Virus record (IMG/VR): IMGVR_UViG_3300027212_000026
Span: 1 to 24,165 of that record
Source of the DNA: a virus
Lineage: Duplodnaviria > Caudoviricetes
DNA: 24,165 bases
Strand: one strand, 5' to 3'
This document shows, piece by piece, positions 16,802 to 24,165 of this stretch. The position numbers were made by a program, and so were the translations under genes. The notes under the pieces were generated by a model that worked only from the letters and a program-made list of their open reading frames with translations, was not told the DNA's origin and searched no databases. Position 1 is the first letter of the stretch. Each line of letters begins with the position of its first letter.

Positions 16802-17512
16802 TTAACTTAATTCGGTTGAATATTGTAAATATATAATTCCACTACCAAAACCACTACCACTATGATTTGCTTGTAATACTCCGCTATCGGTTGATGTTAC
16901 AATATAAGAGCCATCGACACTACTACTGCCACCATTAAATGTATAAACTATATAAATTCCAACCGTTTCGCTAAATTCTACACCCTGCTCTGCTATTAAT
17001 AATGGTGATGAGCCGTCAAGTCTAATTAAAAAAGGTGCTCCCGTTGTGCTTAATTCCTCTTCAATTTTAATCCAACAATTTAATAAAACTGCATTTTCAG
17101 GTACGGTTACACTTCCATTTACATTCCCACCACCTTTGCTAAATGGTAAAGAAATTGTATAAGTATTTCCACCACCACCACTAACATAATTTGAAATATT
17201 ATCTACTTTAAAAGTGCTGTCAGTATCATCAAAAACTAATATATCTCCGTCTTCCAAAGTTGCTTTTGTGTTTTTAATTCTTAATTGTAAGTTTTGTGTG
17301 CTATCATCAGAATATTGTATATCTAAATTTTCATCATTATCATTATAAATATATAACGTTCCTTTTGATCCAAAATCACCTATATCAATAGAATTAGTCC
17401 CACCATTTACAATCAAAGAACTTACACCTTCTATATCTTGAAGATTAACTAAAATATTACTATGTACTTGTTCTATTCCAGTAACTAAATCTAAACTTTT
17501 TAAACTACCCAT
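16802..17512 (-). CDS. Putative virion spike/fibre protein with a C-terminal beta-sandwich
   Basis: LEDGDILVFDD fibre-like motif, GGGG linker, and a C-terminal domain similar to those of the 276-aa and 135-aa proteins. Confidence 0.5.
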   Translation of the reverse strand: MGSLKSLDLVTGIEQVHSNILVNLQDIEGVSSLIVNGGTNSIDIGDFGSKGTLYIYNDNDENLDIQYSDDSTQNLQLRIKNTKATLEDGDILVFDDTDSTFKVDNISNYVSGGGGNTYTISLPFSKGGGNVNGSVTVPENAVLLNCWIKIEEELSTTGAPFLIRLDGSSPLLIAEQGVEFSETVGIYIVYTFNGGSSSVDGSYIVTSTDSGVLQANHSGSGFGSGIIYLQYSTELS

Positions 17513-17517
17513 TATTA

Positions 17518-17817
17518 TTATTTTTTATTAATTAATAAATCTTTAATCTCATCAAGATTATTATATAAATGTAACATCTCTTGCTTAATATTATTATTAA
17601 CGTGTGTAATTTCTTGTCTAATATTCTCAAGTTCTAACTTCATTAAAGCCTTATCTTGTTTAGATTGCTTTAACTCATCAATTTGTTTGCTAATATTATC
17701 TAATGCACTTGTTAATTTATTTTCAATCGTGGATATTCTATTTTCATTTTTTGTTAAAACTCCAATAATACCACCAATAAATACTGCAAATGTAATTATA
17801 TCTTTTAAATCAATCAT
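17518..17817 (-). CDS. Putative holin-like protein (one N-terminal TM helix plus coiled coil)
   Basis: IITFAVFIGGIIGVL followed by a coiled coil; lies upstream of the endolysin. Confidence 0.5.
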   Translation of the reverse strand: MIDLKDIITFAVFIGGIIGVLTKNENRISTIENKLTSALDNISKQIDELKQSKQDKALMKLELENIRQEITHVNNNIKQEMLHLYNNLDEIKDLLINKK

Positions 17818-17825
17818 TTTAAATT

Positions 17826-18227
17826 TTAATTAAATATTATTTCGTAATTATTAACATCTTCCAAAGTTGTTAAATTGTTAATTTCAGTTTCAATTTCATT
17901 AGATTTTATTCTAATATTATTACGTTCAACTTTTAAATCAAAATATTGTTCTGGTGTTAAATAGTTAGTTTCTTGATGCTTAATTATTTTCCAATCGGTT
18001 TTTAATAGTTCTAAATTCGCCAATTCTTTTACTTCTAATATTCGTTCTAATTTTCTTTGTTCTCTTAATCTAATTACACTAACATTTAACCAAGTGTCTA
18101 AACATAATTGTTCGCTTGGTATAGGATTATTTTCTTCAATATACCAATTATTAACCATTGTCCCATAATCTCTATGACTTCTACTACCCTTAATTCCCAA
18201 ATCAAATATTACTTCGCTTAATTCCAT
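17826..18227 (-). CDS. Putative fibre assembly chaperone
   Basis: NPIPSEQ...W, LLKTDW, R..IR..SNEIE.EIN.L...EDV pattern. It directly follows a fibre-like gene. Confidence 0.55.
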   Translation of the reverse strand: MELSEVIFDLGIKGSRSHRDYGTMVNNWYIEENNPIPSEQLCLDTWLNVSVIRLREQRKLERILEVKELANLELLKTDWKIIKHQETNYLTPEQYFDLKVERNNIRIKSNEIETEINNLTTLEDVNNYEIIFN

Positions 18228-18228
18228 T

Positions 18229-18915
18229 CTACACCGCCTTTTTGATTATGTATGCTTGTGCTTGTTGCACTCTTACATAAGCATTAGAACTTGCGGACGC
18301 CCATTGCATAGTAACTTTAAATGTATTAGACGCTGTACGGTCTATTGTTGCTGGTGTATGTGTAACTGATGAACGAAATCTATTGTCTGTAACAGGAAAT
18401 GCTAAAGCAATACTTTCGGCCAAACCAACTGAACCACTAAATACATTGTTTTGCGTTATATCTATATTATTTCCTGACAAGTTAGTAACATAAAAAGTCA
18501 AAATGTGTTTTGTATAATAAATTGTTGAGCCATTTGTAAATGAACTGACTGGATTAACTATTGTTGTTGCTCCTACTTTTGCTCTTTGTGTTAAATTAAT
18601 TGCACCTGCTGTGTTATTTAATATGGAGCCACTTATTTCTATTTTTATTATATCCCCTACCGCCAAAGTATTTGCAGGAATTGTAACTGTAACAATATTA
18701 ATTTCACTTGTCGTATTTTCACAATCTGCGAAAGTAGTTGTTAAAGGTATTAATTGATTTTGATAATTAGTAATATCTAATTCTTCAATTACTCCACTGC
18801 TTGCACTTGTACGCCCTAATAATTTAGCCGTTGCAATATTTTGCAACTTTGCAAAGGTAATTACACCATCAACAAAGTTAGTTAATTTTAATAATATATT
18901 ACTTTTATATGCCAT
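18229..18915 (-). CDS. Putative short fibre/receptor-binding protein
   Basis: DGVITFAKLQNIATAKLLGR...SGVIEEL fibre motif and a beta-rich C-terminus (TIPANTL...FKVTMQW). Confidence 0.55.
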   Translation of the reverse strand: MAYKSNILLKLTNFVDGVITFAKLQNIATAKLLGRTSASSGVIEELDITNYQNQLIPLTTTFADCENTTSEINIVTVTIPANTLAVGDIIKIEISGSILNNTAGAINLTQRAKVGATTIVNPVSSFTNGSTIYYTKHILTFYVTNLSGNNIDITQNNVFSGSVGLAESIALAFPVTDNRFRSSVTHTPATIDRTASNTFKVTMQWASASSNAYVRVQQAQAYIIKKAV

Positions 18916-18922
18916 TTATTTA

Positions 18923-19753
18923 TTAAGCGTTTTGTGTATCTGAATATTCTACTAAAACATAACCATTACCAGCACTTGAACTATCTGAAGTAATTGCTAA
19001 ATTAACCACCCCAGCATTTGCACTCTCAACTAAATAAGCGTCTAAACTTACATCAGTTGTTGTACTTTTTAAATCATTATCTGCTGTTGCTAATATAGGC
19101 AAATCGGTTGCACCATCAACTTTAATAGCAAGTGTCGGAGCCGTACCATTAAACGCTACTAACTTAACAACTGTAATCTTATCAATTTGACAACCATCTG
19201 ACAAAGAAGTTGTTGAGTTAATTGAACTATCAGTATAAGCAAAACTTAATTTAATTACTTTTTTATTGCCTGTACCACTTGAAGCACCGTCACCTTTTAA
19301 AGTCCAAGTACCTGCTTGTTTGTAATAAATACCATTTGCATTTAAAGATATTGTACCTGTAACTGCCGTTGAAGTTGCTAATTTAGTAACGTGCTTAACT
19401 TCTAATAATGCCGAACCTGTATCATAATAAACTACACCTTGAGTATAAGCACCGCCTGTTGTATGACAAAAACCATACTTACCTGTATTTGTGCCACCAG
19501 CAGGAGCGGAGCCACCACTAAAACTAAATTCAATTAATACATCTGCACTTTTAACATCAAAAAATGTAACTACATCATTATCCGTTGGTGATGACGTGCT
19601 GTTTGCTTCCAAACTTCTAAATATTAAATAAGCACTATCACCTGTATTTCTTAATTCTAAAACACCACTATTATTTTTTAGTTTTGTTTTATTTGCCTTA
19701 CCTATTTCGTAGGACGTTTGTAACGTACCTAAAGTATTTGTTTTAACTGCCAT
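18923..19753 (-). CDS. Putative virion spike/fibre protein (276 aa)
   Basis: G/S/T-rich beta protein with LKNNSGVLELRN and a C-terminal beta-sandwich. GAGG RBS. Confidence 0.55.
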   Translation of the reverse strand: MAVKTNTLGTLQTSYEIGKANKTKLKNNSGVLELRNTGDSAYLIFRSLEANSTSSPTDNDVVTFFDVKSADVLIEFSFSGGSAPAGGTNTGKYGFCHTTGGAYTQGVVYYDTGSALLEVKHVTKLATSTAVTGTISLNANGIYYKQAGTWTLKGDGASSGTGNKKVIKLSFAYTDSSINSTTSLSDGCQIDKITVVKLVAFNGTAPTLAIKVDGATDLPILATADNDLKSTTTDVSLDAYLVESANAGVVNLAITSDSSSAGNGYVLVEYSDTQNA

Positions 19754-19774
19754 TTCAACCTCAATTTATTTATT

Positions 19775-20182
19775 TTAATTATAATAGATAGTTATACTTC
19801 CACTTGAACTATTATTAGTAAAATAGATATTAAAAGTTTCATTTGTATTCATTAGTAAATTATTAACATTTACATACATATCTGCAACGCTTAAATCATT
19901 TTGACTTGCACTCATCAATATACCCTGACTTGCATTTGTGCCTATTGTAGCCGTTCCTGTGCCTGCTGTTGTTACTTCTAATATAGTTTGATTAATTACT
20001 TTATTAATCGGCACCACGCCTATTTCTTTTATTGTATCAGTACCTACAAAAGTAGTTCGGATATATCCTAAACTATCTTCAATAACAGTATTAACATTAT
20101 TCAATAAATTAATTTTAGTAATTGTTTGAATAGGATTAATTTTAGTTACTTTTTGTTCTACTTTTACTTTCGTTACTGACAC
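19775..20182 (-). CDS. Putative virion structural protein (135 aa)
   Basis: GTG start; beta-sandwich-like domain paralogous to the C-termini of the 276-aa and 236-aa proteins. Confidence 0.5.
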   Translation of the reverse strand: MSVTKVKVEQKVTKINPIQTITKINLLNNVNTVIEDSLGYIRTTFVGTDTIKEIGVVPINKVINQTILEVTTAGTGTATIGTNASQGILMSASQNDLSVADMYVNVNNLLMNTNETFNIYFTNNSSSGSITIYYN

Positions 20183-20186
20183 GTTC

Positions 20187-20504
20187 TTACTCTAAATTTG
20201 TTATTGTATTTTCAACTGTGATTATACCTTTTAAAATTAACTCTTCAACCCCTGCAACCGATTGTATAATATCATAATAATAAGTTTCTAATTCTAAACT
20301 TTCAGTGCTTGCTTTACTTAATGCTAATTGTACAATATGATTTGTTGGCTTTGTAACTGTAAAATTTGCAATAAAATTACTGTCCTTATCTCTTATCTTT
20401 GATGTAAAAGTATAAGTTGAAATATTTAAAGTTTCAAAATCTAATTGATGGATAAAATTAGTATTTCTATAAATTATTAAATTATCTACTGCTGGTATTC
20501 TCAT
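20187..20504 (-). CDS. Ig-like fibre-attachment/adaptor protein (BppU-N/LtfC-like)
   Basis: NLIIYRNTNF...LNISTYTFTSKIR...VQLALSKAST..L...YYYDI...ILKGIITV pattern. Confidence 0.6.
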   Translation of the reverse strand: MRIPAVDNLIIYRNTNFIHQLDFETLNISTYTFTSKIRDKDSNFIANFTVTKPTNHIVQLALSKASTESLELETYYYDIIQSVAGVEELILKGIITVENTITNLE

Positions 20505-20737
20505 TTTTTAACGCTTTTAGTTGTTCTTGCTGATTTTAAGGGCTTTTTATTATCTATGCTAATATTTATATCATTATCGGTTTGTAATTCATTTAATGGC
20601 TCTTCAGGTGCTTTAATTATACTTATTTCTTTTGCAATCCCTAAGTCAATTAATCTTTTGGCTTTTTTAGTTTCAATGCTAAATTCATCACCAGCATAAA
20701 AACCTAATCCACTACTAATTATTAAAATTTTAATCAT
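20501..20737 (-). CDS. Small head-associated protein (78 aa)
   Basis: AGDEFSI...AKRLIDLGIAKE motif with a basic tail, typical of the small gene that follows capsid genes. Confidence 0.55.
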   Translation of the reverse strand: MIKILIISSGLGFYAGDEFSIETKKAKRLIDLGIAKEISIIKAPEEPLNELQTDNDINISIDNKKPLKSARTTKSVKK

Positions 20738-20748
20738 TTTTTTACTCT

Positions 20749-20774
20749 AAAAATAGGGGGCTTTTATACCCCCT
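20749..20774 (-). terminator. Intrinsic terminator after the capsid/decoration genes
   Basis: AGGGGG-TATAAAAG-CCCCCT then ATTTTT on the minus strand. Confidence 0.7.
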
Positions 20775-20782
20775 TTATTAAA

Positions 20783-21277
20783 TTAATATGTTACAACTGT
20801 ATCGTATTGTGAAATAGGATTAACTGTTGAACCACCAAGCAAAGCACCAAAACCAAATACTGCTGTATCTGTACCTGTGTGACTTAAATCAGGTGTTACA
20901 CTTATTCTAAAATATTGTTCTTCAGGGCTTAATTGTAATCTATAAGTCCATTGTCCATACTTATTAGTATCTGCACCTGTTTCTACAGTTTCATAAGAAC
21001 CAGTTGCACCAAATAAGAACTCTGGAGTACTCCAAGTTGAATTGTTTGTAGAATATTCAATAGTTACTTTAAAACCTAAAGTTTTATCAGCAGTTAAAGA
21101 TGTTTTCCAATCTAAAACAACCAAAGCACTATCAACAAATCCTTGTTCAATTTGTCTATTAACTACATTTCCAACTACTTGAGTAGTGTCGCCTGTACCT
21201 GCTGCAACTGCACTACCCAAACCAATACCTGCTAATCTAACATTAGCGAAGGCGTCTATTTTACTTGCGTATGACAT
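20783..21277 (-). CDS. Putative head decoration/minor capsid protein
   Basis: Directly after the MCP and before the terminator, with an AAGGA RBS. Jelly-roll-like pattern (VTIEYS..NSTWS, QYFRISVTP). Confidence 0.6.
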   Translation of the reverse strand: MSYASKIDAFANVRLAGIGLGSAVAAGTGDTTQVVGNVVNRQIEQGFVDSALVVLDWKTSLTADKTLGFKVTIEYSTNNSTWSTPEFLFGATGSYETVETGADTNKYGQWTYRLQLSPEEQYFRISVTPDLSHTGTDTAVFGFGALLGGSTVNPISQYDTVVTY

Positions 21278-21308
21278 TTTTTAAATTCCTTATTATTTAT
21301 ATTTATTA

Positions 21309-22595
21309 TTATAATGAGTATGCTACTTGTTCCATAATAGCAACCGCACCACGATAAGATAACATCATATCTTGTCTTGTTTCAATTCTAATTATAGTTT
21401 CGTCAGTATCTTTACCATATTTTAAACTACCGTTTGCGTCAGTATAAACATCATTTCTTGTAACTTCTAACTTCAATTCTTGTTGAATACCTTGCATAAT
21501 TTTTGAGCCGTCAATTAACCAAATTTCAGATTTATCTGTTGAAATAGTATTTGAAATTGTATTTGAAACAATTACAGGTATGCCGTAAATTGTGTTGCTT
21601 GAACTTAATTCAGTTGCTATTGTTGCGTTGTTACCTGTAGTTGTTGCTAAAGATAAAATGTAATAATAACTTCTTGATGACATTAAAATTCTACATTGTG
21701 ATAATTCAATATTTTGTGATAAAGCACTATCAATTTTATTGATTAATTTTAACATATCTGCAATTACATTTGTTAAAGATGTACCTGCTGAGTTAAATTT
21801 ATTACCGCTTAATGCTTGAGTATATAATCCTAAGAATGATGACGCTCCACCTGTACCTTTTAAGAATTGAGCATCTACCATTAAAGATAATTTAGTTTGT
21901 AATTTTTGAACTAAATAAGGCAATACTTGATAATCTGCACTATCAATTAATTCATTACCAACTGCTAAATGACCTTTAATAATTTTAGATTTTAATTCAT
22001 AAGTGCCAAATGAACTTAAATCAATAACACCACCTGCTTGTTGCAATTCAACGTAAGTAGGGTCGCCACCTGCTATTGTATCGTAAGGCAAAGTTAAAGC
22101 ACCTTTGCTCATAGGCACTTTCATTGTAGGTATTTTGTCAAAAATAGTTTTTTGAAACAAATAAGGTAAAATCTCTTCATACATTACATCAGAAACTAAA
22201 TAACCACCGTCAGTCATTGATGTTAATCCTAAAGATTTTTGTGCCGTTAAGTGTGCGTAAGCATTAATACCACTATCATTTTTAACGTTTTCTAATGCTT
22301 TTACAACTGCATTTCTGTCGTTATTAGTGTTTAATGTTCTTTTACCTTCAACTAAATATTTCATAACTCCAAGTGCTTTAACCGCTGGAGTTAATTTATC
22401 AATATTTGAGTTGTAATCATTAACAACTAAAGTGCTTTTTGCTACACTTTCAGTAATTCTATTTTCTAAATTATTGTAATTTGTTTTCATTACATCTAAT
22501 TCAGATTTAACCGTTTGTAATTCTACATTTAACGGCTCTATGCTGTTAGTAACTGCAGACTTTACCGCATTTACTACTTCATTATTTTGCTCCAT
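21309..22595 (-). CDS. Major capsid protein, HK97 fold
   Basis: N-terminal coiled-coil delta domain, DGGYLV, ELIDSA, DAQFLKGTG, TIYGIPVIVSN and IRIETRQD. It follows the protease. Confidence 0.92.
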   Translation of the reverse strand: MEQNNEVVNAVKSAVTNSIEPLNVELQTVKSELDVMKTNYNNLENRITESVAKSTLVVNDYNSNIDKLTPAVKALGVMKYLVEGKRTLNTNNDRNAVVKALENVKNDSGINAYAHLTAQKSLGLTSMTDGGYLVSDVMYEEILPYLFQKTIFDKIPTMKVPMSKGALTLPYDTIAGGDPTYVELQQAGGVIDLSSFGTYELKSKIIKGHLAVGNELIDSADYQVLPYLVQKLQTKLSLMVDAQFLKGTGGASSFLGLYTQALSGNKFNSAGTSLTNVIADMLKLINKIDSALSQNIELSQCRILMSSRSYYYILSLATTTGNNATIATELSSSNTIYGIPVIVSNTISNTISTDKSEIWLIDGSKIMQGIQQELKLEVTRNDVYTDANGSLKYGKDTDETIIRIETRQDMMLSYRGAVAIMEQVAYSL

Positions 22596-23310
22596 ATAGG
22601 GCTCCTTTTATTATATTATTAATTTCTAATTCAAATTCTTTTACATCAAAGTAATTATCATTTTTAACTTCAGGTTTTAAACCTGTTTCCATATTTGTTT
22701 TTTCTTCAAGTGCTTCAATTTTGCTTTCCATTTCAGATAGCATACTATCAATTTCGGCTTTAATTAATCTAATTCTATCATAGTTCTTTTGTGATAAAAC
22801 ACGCCCCGCTTTTAATTCATTATCATTTTTAATAAATGTTTTGGGCTCGGCTGGGGTGGGTGTTAAACTTAACTCTCCGATTAGCCATTGCTTAATCTCA
22901 TTATTTGATTTAATTACACTATGCCCAACCGCACCACTACTAACACCTAAATTACCGCTTTTAATCATATCCTTAATTGCTTCTAAATACTTTTGATTAT
23001 CATCTATTTGCAACTCTTTCCATAGATTTGGATTAAGTGCTTTTAACTCTGCTTCAAAACTCAAACCATAGTCATCAATAGCATATTTAATTGTAGTTCC
23101 AATCGGTACTCTTTTTAATGTTTCATCAAGTCCGTGATTATACATTAAAATAGTTTTAGAATTTTCTTCAACGCCTAAAAAAGTATTTTTAGTAAAATAT
23201 TCATTTTGCAAATCAACGCTATCAAAAACAACTGCATAACCTTTGATTATGTTATCATTTATTGTTAGTTTTGCTTTTACGTTATCTAAATATGTATTAT
23301 CTATATTCAT
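22582..23310 (-). CDS. Prohead maturation protease (HK97-type)
   Basis: IKGYAVVF..VDLQNEYF, YNHG, GVSSG, ELSLTPTPAEP, and C-terminal KAGRVLSQKN. Confidence 0.88.
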   Translation of the reverse strand: MNIDNTYLDNVKAKLTINDNIIKGYAVVFDSVDLQNEYFTKNTFLGVEENSKTILMYNHGLDETLKRVPIGTTIKYAIDDYGLSFEAELKALNPNLWKELQIDDNQKYLEAIKDMIKSGNLGVSSGAVGHSVIKSNNEIKQWLIGELSLTPTPAEPKTFIKNDNELKAGRVLSQKNYDRIRLIKAEIDSMLSEMESKIEALEEKTNMETGLKPEVKNDNYFDVKEFELEINNIIKGALYGAK

Positions 23311-23330
23311 TTTAAAACCTCAATTTCAAT

Positions 23331-24122
23331 TTAATTTCTTATTCCTCTTGTTACACATCTACAATTAACCGCTTCTTTTGCTGGTAGCCCACTTCCTGCT
23401 GGGTGTGGTGTTTCATAGCCACCTACACTAAACATACCCTTATCATTTTGCTTTTGTCCATCGGCTTTTCTATGGCTCATTCTCACTTTACTATCTCTTT
23501 GACTAATCCACATCAATTTAAAATTATATTTATCTGCAATTACTCTTTTAGTATTTTCACTTGTATAGGTTGCAACCGTACGCCCTATTGCATTTACTCT
23601 GCTTGCCTTATATACCAAATCAAACTTATTATTAATAGTTTTAGCAATTTCTTTTGTAAGTTCCTCTTTGCTTAAATCTTTGCCTTGCTCTTTTGCTTTT
23701 TTAATAATATCATCAGTATCTTTAATCAATGTTTCTAAACTATCTTTGTCAAGTCTGCCTGCATCTTTTAAAACTTTTGTAATTTCTTTTGCAAAGTCAT
23801 CACCAGTTTTATCACTCAAATTAACTTCTTTTAAAAGTGCTTTTAATGTTTCCATAAATAGTGAAGTTTTTAAACTTGATGTTCTTTTAGCAATCATACT
23901 TAAATAGTAATTCAAATCAAAGTAATAATTATATTCAACTTTTATATTATCTTTTTTCAAAGGTTTGTTAATATTTCTAACTACATCTTTTTGAATTAAA
24001 GAAAATATGCTAATATAAATTTTTTCTAATTTTTTAGCATAAATGCTATTAGTTTTATCGTATGCCTTCCAAATCTTTGTTTTTTCTAATTCGCTTAACT
24101 CAATACTTTTTTTTTTATACTT
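23331..24122 (-). CDS. Head morphogenesis protein (Mu gpF/SPP1 gp7-like), start unresolved
   Basis: R...IGRT, WISQRDSKVRMSH..ADGQ...F.VGG...HP...A.EAVNCRC. The frame stays open for 54 codons upstream of the track's TTG (23960), with no ATG, GTG or TTG in that stretch. Confidence 0.85.
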   Translation of the reverse strand, partial: KYKKKSIELSELEKTKIWKAYDKTNSIYAKKLEKIYISIFSLIQKDVVRNINKPLKKDNIKVEYNYYFDLNYYLSMIAKRTSSLKTSLFMETLKALLKEVNLSDKTGDDFAKEITKVLKDAGRLDKDSLETLIKDTDDIIKKAKEQGKDLSKEELTKEIAKTINNKFDLVYKASRVNAIGRTVATYTSENTKRVIADKYNFKLMWISQRDSKVRMSHRKADGQKQNDKGMFSVGGYETPHPAGSGLPAKEAVNCRCVTRGIRN

Positions 24123-24165
24123 TTACTAATTTCAGTTTCAATTAAAGATTTTAATTTTTTAGTTT
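24095..24165 (-). CDS. 3' end of the upstream gene, probably portal protein (partial)
   Basis: This is the only minus frame open from the window edge: ...TKKLKSLIETEISKSIKKKVLS*. The identity is inferred from synteny (portal-MuF-protease-MCP). Confidence 0.5.
   Translation of the reverse strand, partial: TKKLKSLIETEISKSIKKKVLS

Noticed and set aside
21300-21330. Frameshift or readthrough extension of the major capsid (or major tail) protein
   Set aside because: The MCP ends in TAA TAA TAA and the MTP stop is followed by a terminator. There is no slippery site or overlapping open frame.
5646-23907. All plus-strand ORFs in the track (5646, 6067, 9022, 9748, 11848, 12444, 16584, 23403, 23668)
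   Set aside because: They are short antisense shadows lying almost entirely within well-supported minus-strand genes, with no motifs or convincing RBS.
1-24165. Stop-codon reassignment (alternative genetic code)
   Set aside because: Genes are full length and densely packed in code 11. TAG (e.g. 7712, 18229) and TGA (e.g. 11622, 20501) both act as stops.
1-24165. CRISPR array, tRNA, integrase/IS element, intron, or DGR template/variable repeat
   Set aside because: I saw no regularly spaced repeats, cloverleaf, recombinase or reverse transcriptase ORF, or long near-identical repeat pair. This was a by-eye check only.

Overview
This is a very AT-rich segment of a tailed dsDNA phage (or prophage) with siphovirus-like architecture. 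Every credible gene is on the minus strand and reads in the standard code. In transcription order (right to left) it carries: the 3' end of a probable portal gene, a MuF/SPP1 gp7-like head morphogenesis gene, an HK97-type prohead protease and major capsid protein, and a decoration protein. Next comes an unusually placed block of fibre/spike-like genes plus a lysis cassette with a peptidase M15 endolysin. This is followed by neck genes, a GT2 glycosyltransferase wedged in front of the major tail protein, tail chaperones, a tape measure protein and tail-tip genes. After an AT-rich promoter region come small early genes, thyX, and a replication module (HTH protein, initiator with internal iterons, DnaC-like loader). 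The most notable observations are (1) a translationally coupled glycosyltransferase of the protein-modifying GT2 type in the tail operon, a candidate virion glycosylation system; (2) a start-less MuF frame reachable from the upstream gene by a -1 shift on an A10 run; (3) a +1 rather than -1 tail-chaperone frameshift at TTT_CGT; (4) a three-hairpin kissing-loop leader RNA upstream of the replication genes; (5) three paralogous spike-like domains next to the capsid genes; and (6) strong GATC avoidance. All functional calls come from motif recognition and synteny by eye; no database searches were run.
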